Shown here: positions 12,744 to 25,149 of the stretch, piece after piece
How the letters are laid out: every line of letters begins with the position of its first letter
Numbering within the stretch: the stretch's first letter is position 1
NCBI GenBank assembly: GCA_011109175.1
Contig: RDEW01000016.1
Coordinates: 672,537 to 736,536 of the forward strand
Direction: 5' to 3'
Source: Dicyema japonicum
Taxonomy: Eukaryota; Animalia; Dicyemida
Length of the DNA stretch: 64,000 nt
The notes under the pieces: generated by a model
The model's input: the letters and a program-made list of their open reading frames with translations, nothing else
Database searches by the model: none
What the model was told of the DNA's origin: nothing
Translations under genes and position numbers: made by a program

Positions 12744-13870
12744 TTAAAGGCTACTAGCTGCTCTCAGGATTGAGAGCGCATTTCCCCTTACGGTATGTAA
12801 GGAGATGCGCTCAATGAGCCAGCCCTTCTCTCTGACATCCCTCCTCCTTTTAGCGACTAACGATCCAATTTTGTTGAGCAGGGCTAACGACATGCTTCCT
12901 ATGACTCCAGAAGTTTCGACTGCGACTGGTTCAAATGTGTACTGCTCGCCGAGGCATGTGTACTTCTTTGCTTTAAGTATTTCTGCTTTCTCTGCAGCTG
13001 AGCCTGGATTTGTCACACTCATTGTAATATTGGAAAGGGAGAAGCTATCTACGCAGGTGGCATCCCAGGCCAGGTACTTCCCAGCATCCCACGGGAACAG
13101 AGTCGCTCCATCCGGCCTTCTGTTTGCCGTGGCAAGTCATAGGGGCTCCATCTGGACAGGGAATCCGGCAGCTTCTAGTCCCCACGCAATAACCTTGTTG
13201 ATTGTACTATGTCTCAGGCTCCTTCCAGCGCTCCTTCGGCAGGAAAGTGCGTGAACTCCTTTCGCGTCGACTACTCCTTCACATCTACAGCGATGGATTG
13301 CGCAAACATCGATTCCGAGGCGGACGCAAACCCCAATCCTCGTGGAGTCATCGTCCAGAAAAGTTCCGAGTGAAATGCACGGGAATGCTTTGAGCCATGC
13401 ACCACTTACGTTTGTTGATGCGGTAGCCAGACAAGCCAGACGATGCTGGTCGAGTTGTGGTTTTAGCTCATCGATGGTCCTTGAACATACAAGTTCGTTC
13501 CAGTCTCGTTGTTTGTTGAAGTTGAAGTTCTTCAGGAGTCCCAAATTAAGTCCAATCCAAGCATCGTGAGCCATGCATGCCATTGGTTCAGTGTCCGATC
13601 CGTTAATGTAGCGTAGGATCTGGTGAACTAGACCACGGGAAGCATATGTCGAAGACAGAAAGGCTGGAAGGGCGAGTTCAAGTGGCGAGGGTAGCCCAAT
13701 TCCTCCATAACGAAGTGGTAACTTGCATTAGGTCCACCCTGTTTTATCCAGAGAGATGTTAAGTGTTTCTTCAACAGAGGTCCTCAGCTTCTCATCGATA
13801 ACTCTCATGTCTGTGGTCCTCAGCTTCTCATCGTGTAAGGTGAAAATTCTTGAGGATGAAGAGAGAAATG
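12744..13870 (-). mobile_element. CRE-clade retrotransposon 3' part (RT thumb + CCHC + RLE)
   Basis: GAWLKAFPCISLGTFLDD..CRCEGVVDAKGVHALSCR..RPDGATLFPWDAGKYLAWDAT..KYTCL..FEPVAVETSG..ISLHTVRGNA. Confidence 0.9.
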
Positions 13871-13889
13871 TGGGAGTCCAAAGCCTTTA

Positions 13890-14225
13890 GATTGTGCTTG
13901 AGCAGCTGTACGGATTCACTCTTCATTGGTCTGTAGCTTGCGCATATAGAGTCTTTCTGATTTCTTTTACCATTTTGACCGAAGAACATCATTGCACTAG
14001 ATTTTCTGACAGTTTAACCCATTAAGACCGCACCAGTATTTTATATCTTCCATGTACACTGTGAGTCTCCTCTCTGAGCTCGATCTCGACACATCAGACA
14101 GTAGCACGTCGTCTGCGTCTATCAGAGATCTCATACTTCGTGTAGACGAAGACAGGAAACCGGCCATTAGAACATTAAACAATAGAGGGCTCAAAATTGA
14201 TCCTTGGGACTCCTCTCATCAATAA
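13890..14225 (-). mobile_element. APE-type LINE RT fragment
   Basis: GVP..SPLLFNV..DADDVLL motifs next to the gap. Confidence 0.6.
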
Positions 14226-14228
14226 TAT

Positions 14229-14321
14229 NNNNNNNNNNNNNNNNNNNNNNNNNNNNNNNNNNNNNNNNNNNNNNNNNNNNNNNNNNNNNNNNNNNNNNNN
14301 NNNNNNNNNNNNNNNNNNNNN
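14229..14321. other. assembly gap
   Basis: run of N. Confidence 0.99.
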
Positions 14322-15882
14322 ATTCTTCTTTCTAGCGAAATGTCCGTCTCCACCCATTTGGGTACATCACTATTTGTTATATTGGAAGTCCAAGGGATTC
14401 TTAGTAACCTCTTCCAGCACCACAGTTCAAAAGCATCAATTTTTCGTATCCGCTTTTTTCAGTATTTATGATTCTGCGCCGTATAGAAAAACCGGGAACA
14501 CGATTGTATTAACCAGTCTGCATTTGGTCCTTAAGAAAATATCTTTGCTTTTCAAAATTCTATTCATTTTCAGGAAGGCGTCATGACATTTCGCCTCTTG
14601 ATTTCAAAGCCTCCGTCACCATTCCGATTAATTAGACATCCCAGAAAGACAACATTATCGCAACTCTATTTTCTCATTCCCAATTTTTAGTTCCATTATT
14701 AGCAGTCGTCATAATTTTGGTCTTCTTGATATTTAGCAATAAACCAAAGACTCTTCTCTGAATCATAGAATCAACTCCCTGAGCGCATCTTATGTTTCAG
14801 CCAGTAATGTTGTATCGTCAACATAGCGCAAATTATTGATGTTCCTGCCTCCAATTTTAATCCCGTTATATACAGTATCTAATTTAGTCATGATCATTTC
14901 GGCATAAATATTAAATAGGATGGGAGATAATAAACATCCTTGTCTTACTCCTTTCCCAATTTTGAACCAATCTGTATCTCCATATACTGTTCTAACAGTT
15001 TCTGAATATTGCCGTTCCGTATATTCTCTCCAACGATTTCGGATGTTCTGTTGGCTTAGCAATTCTACACCATCCTTGTCCTTGATTTTGCCCATCATTT
15101 TCGTAAAGGGAGTTCGTAATCTTTTTAGTTGTAAATACGCATTCCTCCTGAGATTTTTCTTATAGTCATCTTCCATTTTTTCGCAGTGTAACCTCCAGTA
15201 GTCTTCTTTATCCTTCCTGGCTGCCTTTTTGAATTCAGAGTTAAGTTTTCTTGTCTCGTCTATATTCCCAGAGACTTTAGCAGCTTTACGAGCCTCAACA
15301 ATGTTTATGGAGTTGACAAAGAGCCACTCAGAGCACTTGGCCGGCGTTTTGTATTTGACATGTTTTATTACAGCCTTTCTGATAACCAACTGCATATCAT
15401 TCCATAATTCATCAGGCATTTTCCGTTCAAATCCAATAATCCAATATTGTGCTTAACTTTCATTGCGTATTATGGTGGTATGTTTGAGACATCGAATTTC
15501 TTTACTCGGGGGGTGTTCCAAGTGTTACTATATTTTGTCCTAATTTTCTTTGCATTAATGTTACCAGAATAATATATGACGAAATCATCAGAACGAAAAA
15601 AACCACTGTCGATCCAGTGAAGTTTGCTTACTCCAAGCAGGTCAATATCAAGCATTCTCATTTCTCTTTTTACGACTTTTAATTTCCCTTCGCTTAGCCT
15701 CTTACGTTCTGTGTGACGAAGAGTCGAGATTTGATGTTTGTATAAACGTTGCTTCCAATTAGATCGTAGGAGAGTTTTGCTCATAAGATTTTCTTGGCAT
15801 TTAAATACAGGGTAGGTTACCAGGTCTTTCCCCATCAACAGCTCTTATATTGGAATAAGTTTCAGAGAATGTATAAACACCA
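14322..15882 (-). mobile_element. RTE/BovB-like LINE, internally deleted copy
   Basis: GVRQGCLLSPILFNIYAE, NNLRYVDDTTLLAE; about 600-nt deletion at an ACTGT microhomology relative to the 18150-21050 copy. Confidence 0.9.
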
Positions 15883-15904
15883 TTGAGATTAGTGTATCAA
15901 TTAT

Positions 15905-16135
15905 ATTGTCCTTTTTAGACATTTTCAGCAATAGTGTTCAAAACTTCATGTTTCATGACATTACTTCCTTTGTCCTCTAGCACTCCGAGGTAGAGATTTC
16001 ACATCATTCACATCTCAAATTAGTGGCAGACTTCTCAAAACTCCTCTTCTTCATTGTATCTTTCTTCTCAGTAAATATTTATAGATCATCAATAAAAAAG
16101 TAAGTGATTGGTTGAATATATTATTATACCTTTCT
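15905..16135 (-). mobile_element. R4/Dong-like RT fragment
   Basis: LFIDDL.IF and YLGVLEDKGSNVMKHEVL match YRYLGVLENKDSKVLKEEIL at 26440. Confidence 0.55.
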
Positions 16136-16361
16136 CCTTGACCAAATCCTCGATTGCATTATGAAACTATTCCGCTAAAGAATTAAGTAATGTCCGCGAC
16201 GATAGGACCTGGGACAAAAATGGAAGATGGAGGACCTACTTCTCCACCTCTCTTCGGAACCGGAAACCTGTAATTAAGCATGTTTCATAATATATTATTA
16301 TGAAACGGAAGCTAAGCCTAATTATGTCAATGTGTAATAATTATAAGAACCATATTAATAA

Positions 16362-17169
16362 CTAATAATCACTAATACTAAAATTTTGATATCTTTGACG
16401 ATAGAGTGATTTGATTCCGAAGTAAACAATTATTGATAATGTAAAGACAACAACGATTAATGCTCCAACCAATAAAAGTCTTTTTTTATACTGAATAAGA
16501 TAGACACAATCAGCGGCTAAATTACAACAAAAAATAACGTTTTCCAACAAAATCATGATTTTTGTCATGTCTAAATGCTTGCAACTTGAAGTATAGTAAA
16601 AGTAGACTTGAATTTTTATCAAATCGAACAACATAATGTCCACATTGTAAATAAGTCATTTTGTTTAAAAGAGGAAATTTTTTAAAATCGGTAAATTGAA
16701 TTCCACGATCTTAATATATTATTATTATTATTACAATGTGTGATTGCAATGACGTTCAGATAATAGGAATTACCTTGTTTTTTAAAAGAAATTGTAATAA
16801 AAAAATGTTCACAGCTCATAACAAGGTAGAAAGACTCATAAACTTGATGAAAGTTAAATACTACACTTTTATTAAATACATAATTTAATTTCTAACATTA
16901 ATAATAATTCACCTTTATACCATCATCATATCTATATTCAATGTATCCTTTCATTACAGCTTTCACAAACCCTTCAGATTCGCTAACCCATGTTGAAACA
17001 ACATGGTTATTTTTAGTTGATAATCCCGGTTTTTTCGAACTCTTTTTTGTTGTAGTCGTCATTTTTGCAGTTTTGTTTGTTGCTACTGTTGTAGTATTAT
17101 CAACAAGTGATATTAAACAGTTTATGAGAACTAAATATCAATTACCATACAACTTATTGAAAAGAGCAT
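16362..17169 (-). CDS. LAMP/CD68-like type I membrane glycoprotein, copy 1 (5 exons, 239 aa)
   Basis: hydrophobic N-terminus, Thr/Lys-rich stalk, ISFKKQGNSYYL, YLQC, KLQAFRHDKNHDFVGKPADC, TM LLVGALIVVVFTLSIIVYF, tail RQRYQNF (YxxPhi); introns 20/21/25/22 nt give 720 nt in frame. Confidence 0.7.
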
Positions 17170-17889
17170 ATTTAGGTTATATTTTATTCGATTTTAATAA
17201 ATTTTAAATATTAAAATGTTATATTTAGAATTTTATAGGAGGCAGAGCCCTGAGATGCCATATGGGCAGAGGGTTCAATTTGACAATGCGCTCTCGGAGT
17301 TGTTTCAGCAACCAGAATCGAACCTGCCTGAGGAGGCTGGCGAACAGGCAGGCGAGGAAGGTTGTTGATTAATAAATATATTAACTTTTTTATTGTGTGT
17401 TAAATAAAGATCCTAATATTATATTTAGAATTTTTATTTTTAGCGTAGCGTCATGTGGTTCACCGGATACAACAATTCTAGAGGCGTTCAGAATGCTCTT
17501 AAAGCATTTCGAAAAAAAAGCCATTAGCTCTTTTCCACCGGGTGCACATGTCGCTCCTGGTCGACTGATTACTGGTCTGACATCAGCTTCTCGGATTCGT
17601 GACCTACACATGTCAAAGGACAGAATCTCTGTTATGCAACTAAATGTGAACAGAATTATAGGCAAAATTATTTAACTTATATTCCTCGATAGCGTTAATG
17701 CTTATTTGGGTGGGGTCCATCTTGTACTTGAAACCAAGAAATTTTGTGATTGTGGTCATATGTGTTTTCTTAGTTTTAAGGACCCGCGGGATTCCATCTT
17801 TATGAGACAAATGCAGGACGTTTTTTCCAAATAATTAAAGAAATGGTACATTTACTTTTATGAAAAATAGAATCAGGTCCTCACCCAAG

Positions 17890-18075
17890 TTTAGCNCCTG
17901 TCGGCTGTGGGACTGAAGCTCACTTCCGCAGACGACCTAGATACCTTAAGGGAACTGGCACGAAGTAGAGGGTCCTGGAAAAGGCTGATAGAGAGGATGG
18001 CTAGAAATACGGCACAAGGGAGGCTTGATTAATTTTATGACTTCTCGGGAGTGCTTTAAATAATAAATAAAATAA
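17890..18075 (+). mobile_element. short RTE-like LINE 3' end
   Basis: LKLTSADDLDTLRELARSRGSWKRLIERM..* plus a tail matching 5260-5410. Confidence 0.7.
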
Positions 18076-18149
18076 AAGTAACATTTTTGCTTATCTGATG
18101 AATTACTTGACCCTGGTAGTAACACTTGCACGGAGCTGTATGTTGAATA

Positions 18150-21050
18150 TGGCCTTATGTTATGTTGTTTAATTAAGTCGTGTCCAACCCTTGGAGATCT
18201 CATGAACGAGTTTCCTCCACTCTCCCAGATCCGCTGCAATTTGGAGTAGCTTTGATATAAGCATTCCCGTGACGTCTTTACCGTGGATAGCCACCGAGTC
18301 TTCAGTCGGCCAGGTCTTCTCTTCCCAGTAATATTTCTCAGCATAATGGTTCTATCTAGTGAATCAGTGGACAACATGCCCAAAGAACGACAATATTTGT
18401 TTTACCATTCTTTTTTCTAGCGAAATGTCCGTCTCTACCCGTTTGAGTACATCGATGTTTGCTATTTTGGAAGTCCAAGGGATTCTTAGTAACCTCTTCC
18501 AGCACCACAGTTCAAAAGCATCAATTTTTCGTATCCGCTTTTTTCAGTATTTATGATTCTGCGCCGTATAGAAAAACCGGGAACACGATTGTATTAACCA
18601 GTCTGCATTTGGTCCTTAAGAAAATATCTTTGCTTTTCGAAATTCTATTCATTTTCAGGAAGGCGTCATGACATTTCGCCTCTTGATTTCAAAGCCTCCG
18701 TCACCATTCCGATTAATTAGACATCCCAGAAAGACAACATTATCGCAACTCTATTTTCTCATTCCCAATTTTTAGTTCCATTATTAGCAGTCGTCATAAT
18801 TTTGGTCTTCTTGATATTTAGCAATAAACCAAAGACTCTTCTCTGAATCATAGAATCAACTCCCTGAGCGCATCTTATGTTTCAGCCAGTAATGTTGTAT
18901 CGTCAACATAGCGCAAATTATTGATGTTCCTGCCTCCAATTTTAATCCCGTTATATACAGTATCTAATTTAGTCATGATCATTTCGGCATAAATATTAAA
19001 TAGGATGGGAGATAATAAACATCCTTGTCTTACTCCTTTACCAATTTTGAACCAATCTGTATCTCCATATACTGTTCTAACAGTAGCTTCTTGATTTTTA
19101 TAAAGAGATTTGATAATATCAGTTGGGCATCGAATCCAATTTCTTTTAAATCGGACCAAAGCTTGTCATGTATAACGGAATCAAAAGCTTTCCGATAGTC
19201 AATGAAACACATGTATACATTCTTTTGGGATTCATGAGCTTTCTCCATAATCCACCGGACATTTGCTATATGGTCAAGTGTGCCTCGTCCCTTCCTGAAT
19301 CCTGCTTGGACATCCGGTAGAACCATTTCGGCATTTGGCATTGGACGATCTTGTATTGTCTTTAAAAGTATTTTGCTGACGTGGGGAATTAAGGCTATTG
19401 TACGATAGTTTGAACAGTCCTTGCAATCCCCTTTTTTCGGTATTGGAATAAATATAGATTTTCTCCACTCGCGTGGCCAAATACCAGTTTTCCAAATTTT
19501 TTGACATAGGCTTGTGATAGCTGTCACCGGTATAGCCTTCAACAATTCGCTTGAGATGTTGTCAATCCCCGGTGCCTTGTTCCCCGTTAATTCCCGTGTC
19601 GCCTACACGCATTCCTGTTCAAGGATTTTATGCCCTTTACCCAACGTTGCTTCATCAACACATATGGATGGGCACACAGTTTCTGAATATAGCCGTTCCG
19701 TATATTCTCTCCAACGATTTCGGATGTTCTGTTGGCTTAGCAATTCTACATCATTCTTGTCCTTGATTTTGCCCATCATTTTCGTAAAGGGAGTTCGTAA
19801 TCTTTTTAGTTGTAAATTCGCATTCCTACTGAGACCTTTCTTATAGTCATCTTCCATTTTTACGCAGTGTAACCTCCAGTAGTCTTCTTTATCCTTCCTG
19901 GCTGCCTTTTTGAATTCAGAGTTAAGTTTTCTTGTCTCGTCTATATTCCCAGAGACTTTAGCAGCTTTACGAGCCTCAGCAAAATTTATGGAGTTGACAA
20001 AGAGCCACTCAGAGCACTTGTCCGGCGTTTTGTATTTGACATGTTTTATTGCAGCCTTCCTGATAACCAACTGCATATCATTCCATAATTCATCAGGCAT
20101 CCTTCCGTTCAAATCCAATAATCCAATATTGTGCTTAACTTTCATTGCGTATTCTGGTGGTATGTTTGAGACTCGGAGGGTATTCCAAGTGTTACTGAAT
20201 TTCGTCTTAGTTTTTGCAACAAGTAGCTGATGGTCTGTTTCACAGTCTACCTCTCGCTGTTATAGAGCTTTTCCAGCGTTTGGCGCATAAAATATAATCA
20301 AGTTCCTAGAAATTCCATTTGGCGACGTGTTGAACCATGTGTTAGTTATATGAAATCCATTTTCCAGACAGAATTGGATTAGTCGATCCCCATCATCATT
20401 TCTTTTCCCCAAACCAAAACTTCCCACAATATCCGTATGTGGCATACACCCAACTTTTGAATTGAAATCCCCCATTATGTAGATTATGTCCTTTCTGTGT
20501 ATTAGTTTTAGTGCCTTTTGAAATTCATAATAAAATTGGTCAATTTCGTCATGCTTGGCAATAGATGTTGGGGCATACACTTGCATGACCTTAATATTCA
20601 ATGGTTGTTCACGGACGTGGATTAGTATTATCCGATCATTAAATATTCTATGACTTTCAATAGCAGGTCCAATTTGCTTTAAAGCAATGAAGTCCACTCC
20701 GTTTCTCTTCGCATAAATGATACCAGAATAATATATGACGAAATCATCACAAAGAAAAAAACCACTGTCGATCCAGTGAAGTTCGCTTACTCCAAGCAGG
20801 CCTCTCATTTCTCTTTTTACTTCTAGTTTCCCTTCGTTTAAACCTGTTACGTTCCATGTTGCGAAAGTGTGAAATTCTGTGTGACGAAGACTCGAGATTT
20901 GATGTTTTGCAGTAAAGTTGCTTCCAAATAGATCGTAGGAAAGTTTGCTCATAAGATTTTCTTGGCATTTAAATACAGGGTAGGTTGCCAGGTTTTCTCC
21001 CATCAACAGCTCTTATATTGGGATAAGTTTCAGAGAATGTATAAACACCA
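18150..21050 (-). mobile_element. near full-length degenerate RTE/BovB-like LINE (APE + RT)
   Basis: ATWNV..LGVSELHW..QVYAPT..IMGDFNSKVG..LGKRNDDGDRL; FIPIPKKGD..NYRTIALI..QAGFRKGRGT..FIDYRKAFDSV; 3' end ggttggacacgact..(acata)n. Confidence 0.93.
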
Positions 21051-21099
21051 CAAAAACACGTTGTGACAACACGTGAATATGGTTTTACGAAGATAATTA

Positions 21100-22560
21100 T
21101 TGATGGAATCGATTGACCTCAGTGCATGTTTTGTGATGCAATTTTATCGAATTCAAATTTGAAACAATCGAAGCTGAACGGACATTTTAGATTTATCCAC
21201 GGAGGTGCAAAACGTTCAGGAAATGATTTTGAATGTTTGAGTGCTAAAAGGGCACGCGATATCCAGGAAACTCTTCCGAAGCTTGGCTTTACCCCCATTG
21301 ACAAACCGTTACTTTTGGCGTCATTCAAAAATGCACATGAAGCTGCGAAATCAAAGAAGACACATACTATTGGGGAAACTCCTATTAAGCCGTGTGCATT
21401 GGAAATTGTGAATAACAGTTCTGGGTCCAGACGCCTCTCGAAAACTGCAGCAGATTCCTTTATCTAATAGTTGTATCCGGGATCAAATTAATTGTATCAG
21501 CGATGATATTCTTAGACAAGTTGTTTCAGACATAATAAATTCTTGCATCAAGATTTCAATCCAGTTGGATGAATCTACGGATGTTGATAATTGCAGCCAA
21601 CTAATTGGCTTTGTTCGTTATGTACAAGAAAATTTAATCGCCGAAGAGTTTTTTTGTAAACCTCTCGAAACAGAAGCCTTTGCAAAAATGTTTTTCAAAT
21701 AATCGAGACTTTTTTTAATGAACACGATATTCCATTGGAAATTATCGGGTTAATTGGCACGGACGGTGCTCCAGTTTTGCTGGGGAACAGATCAGGATTT
21801 GCAGCCCTCTTAAGAAGACATGTTCCAGATGTAAAAGTCACTCACTGTATCCTTTATCGACATGCACTCGTATCTAAGTCTCTGCCTATGAAGTTAAAAG
21901 ATGTCTTAAATTCGTGTGTCAAAATCGTAAATTTTATTCAACGAAGATAAGCACTATAAATGCTTCTGACAATCTACGTGCCTTCAGGAATAAACTGTTA
22001 TCGTAAACTCGACGTATCAAGACAATAATTTTAAAAATTTTCCAACGCTGGATGAAATTGCTATTGAATTCAACTCGACTTTAGATGAAAATATTAAAAA
22101 AGAAATCAGCAATCATCTTGAATGTTTAAAACTTTCATTTTTCTCAATTAGAAATGTTAAAGATTCTGATGCTTGGATTGTTAACCCATTTGCTTTCAAA
22201 ATAGAAAAGATGGAGGATAGAAAAAAGATTAAAGACAAATTGATTGAAATGCAATCATCTACATCACTGAAAATGTTGTACGACTCAAATTCTTTGGAGG
22301 TTTTTTGGTGCGGTTTGCAATTTGGTTTTCCGACCCTTGCAAAAAAAACACTGGCAGTTCTGGTTCTATTTGCAACAGCTATGTGAATCTGGATTTTCAT
22401 CTCTACTATATATAAAAAATAAGTACCGAAAAGCTTTAATCCCTAAAAACGATCTCAGAATTGCATTAGCAAACAAAAAACCACGCTTCTAAGAAATAAT
22501 TAAAACTAAAAGACAGAAAAAGTCTCAAGGAACTTGAGTAATTTTTTAAATAAAATTCGA
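21100..22560 (+). mobile_element. hAT transposase pseudogene (Buster/ZBED5-ZBED8-like)
   Basis: LSNSNLKQSKL..HTIGETPIKPCA..SIQLDESTDV..LIGFVRY..GTDGAPVLLGNRSGF..THCILYRHAL; many stops. Confidence 0.85.
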
Positions 22561-22614
22561 ATTCTCTTAGACTTAAAATTTGGTGGTACAAGGTTGGTTT
22601 TTTAAATTTTGGAA

Positions 22615-24830
22615 ATTTTAGCAGACAACAGACGGGTCAGCACAGTCTTAACAAGCTTATAAAATATTATGTCACATGGGCGGCGCGTAACGCATGGGCA
22701 GCCTGTTACATTTTTTCGACCTTGAAAAAGTCTTTTGATTATCCGACATTATTATTATTACCCCCAGGATCACTGGGTCAAAAAGAAAGAAATAAAAGTT
22801 CTCATCTAACTAAGTGATCCCAGACCGACAAAGGTGAGGATGAGTCCCTCATTGGATTATCCGACATTTAATTTTATATATCCGATTTATATCGTGATTT
22901 AATCCTGTTAAATTAGTTTTTTATTCATAAATATTATGATTATAAAGATTTTATTTTTTATAGCGGTAAACCTAGATTTCTATCGTGATTCATAGCATGG
23001 AAGATTATTTTGTTGCAATGGCTTCTTACAAGGGTTTTGTGAAAGATTGCGTTGAATATCAAACTTTAAAAGATGATTTGCTTGATAAATTTCCCGAAAA
23101 ATCTTCCGAGGCACCGAAAATATAGGCTTGTAAAGAAGATAGAGAATTTTGCTATTATCAATGACAGGTATTGTAAATTTGCAATAATTTTAGACTGTAG
23201 CTTAAATCAACTGATTCCAATTAATGGTCATTGATATATATAGTAGGTTGGTTTTTTTTTAATTTATAGATTCGCTCTTGTACGACCACTGTATAATAAG
23301 TCTGGTAAAGAAGTATGTGAAAACTTAAGATCTTTGTTCCGCCTGAATGGGCCATGTAAATTTCTTCAGTCGGACAATGGTTCTGAATTTAAAAATCAAG
23401 AAATAACAAAACTTTGCGAAGATTTTAACATTAAGCAAATTCACGGAAGGCCTAACAATCCACGAGCACAAGGAATTGTCGAAAGATTTAATCAGACGAT
23501 CACGAGGAAGTTGTCAAAAATGCTGGATAACAGTGAAAAAAAGTGGCTTGATAAATTAGAAAGTGCTGTCTACAGTTACAACATATCGGTCCATTCATTT
23601 TCTAACGAAAGTCCTTTCGAAAGATATCGAGGAATTAAGGGAATAAATTCAATAATTAATGGTTATACTTATATCACATTATGACTTAGATAATTTAAGT
23701 GATGAGTGTGCGATTCCAGAACAAATTGACGATTTGGTTAATTGTTCGACTCCAGAATCTATTGAAAATTCACGTAGTTTGATTTAAAAAATTTATATCT
23801 AGATAATTCCCAGTCAGATAATTTGTGTCCGAATGCGAAGAGATTCAATTTCGAAATTAAATCGATTGAAGAAAATTCTAATTATTACAAAGCTATGAAC
23901 AGGAAAATGAATGTTCATAATAGTAAATATACTTTTAACATGGGAGATAAAGTATGAATCAAAAACATTAATAAATAGGTTCGGGCTAAAAAGGACTTTG
24001 GAACAAATCCCTCATTGCGACTGGATAAGTTTGAGTCTCAGTATTATCCAGTTGCAGAAATAATTAATATTTTATCGAATAATCGCGTGGAGGTAGTTTT
24101 AAAGAGTTTAATTTGATAGATAAAAAATTCGAAAGGAGAAATATCGACTGTATTAATGAGTAGACTAAAAAAAGTTACTTAAATTTAATTTTTTGTGGTT
24201 AATAAATCATTTATAAAATTAATTGAAGTTAATCTTGGTTCAAGGTTAATGTAACAGGCTGCCCATAGGTAACGCTTGGCCCATGTGACATATTACGCCA
24301 GTATAAGCCACAAAACTTTCAGGAAAACAGATGGGCCTTTTTTATCCTCAATAAGACCGAAGAGAACCCAGCCGATTAACTTTATTTTACATTCAGATGT
24401 CAGTGCGGGTTTGAAGAGGATGAATTCTTATTTTTCACGTGGGCCTGATTCTATCCCTGGTATCTTACTAAAACACCTTGGAACTATTACGATTGATGTA
24501 ATCACAGTGATTTTCAACTATTCAATAAACATGAACACCATTACAACTATCTGGAAACTGTCCTATATACTTCCAATCCTTAGGCCTGAGAAACCTAAAG
24601 ACAATTCTGCATAATTTCAACCAATCTCTTTACTATGCACTCAAAATTATTTTAAAAAATTGATTCTTAATCATATTACCCCGTCCTTCTCTTTTTCATC
24701 GTCACAACATGAATTCAGAAGGGGTTATTCAACCTCTACTTACCTCACTGCCCTCAACCAATTTATCCTTGAAGGCTTTAACACAAATCCTCACCACCTC
24801 ATATGTTTTTTTAAATCGTCTAGAACTTAT
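22615..24830 (+). mobile_element. I-group LINE fragment interrupted by a Ginger-like insertion
   Basis: removing 22670-24295 restores LIKYYASISHK, homologous to LIKYYTSISYR at about 49630; RT motifs GPDSIPG..WKLSYILPILRP..QHEFRRGYST. Confidence 0.8.
22670..24290 (+). mobile_element. Ginger2/TDD-like DNA transposon with rve integrase, TGT..ACA TIRs and a 5-bp TSD
   Basis: 43-nt TIRs (37/43 identical) TGTCACATGGGC..GGGCAGCCTGTTACATT; TATTA at 22665-22669 and 24291-24295; ORF 23334-23684 LQSDNGSEF..GRPNNPRAQGIVERFNQT. Confidence 0.85.
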
Positions 24831-24925
24831 AAAAATGTGATTTTGAATCAAAAATATTATATAAATCAACAGTTATAGCCAAAAAAGACCAAAATTTAAT
24901 TTTTAGGTTTAATTTTTAGGTCGTA

Positions 24926-25149
24926 GTTCCACGCATCTACGATACTAAAAAGGCTCGATGAGTGACTCCGTCATCAGTGGACTCTCACTGCGGAACTGGA
25001 TAGTCTAGAAATGACCCACACACACGAAAAAAAGAAGTGAAGATTCTATGATTAGTTAAAATTAACTGTTCTTTATTTAAATAAAGTGTGTGTCCTGCCT
25101 ATGCTATAAATATTATGGCTCTCGTGAAAAAGACTGTTAATATTATTAT
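24926..25149 (+). mobile_element. 5'-truncated copy of the tRNA-derived SINE
   Basis: homologous to the reverse complement of 29492-29715; lacks the A/B-box head. Confidence 0.8.

Noticed and set aside
16362-16643. ORF-track translations of the LAMP-like 3' region (and apparent stops in copy 2)
   Set aside because: Wrong frame upstream of the last 22-nt intron; correct splicing removes the stops
17530-17675. PPGAHVAPG before an APE-like start (VMQLNVN) as a 2A motif
   Set aside because: Lacks DxExNPGP and lies about 20 codons from the APE start
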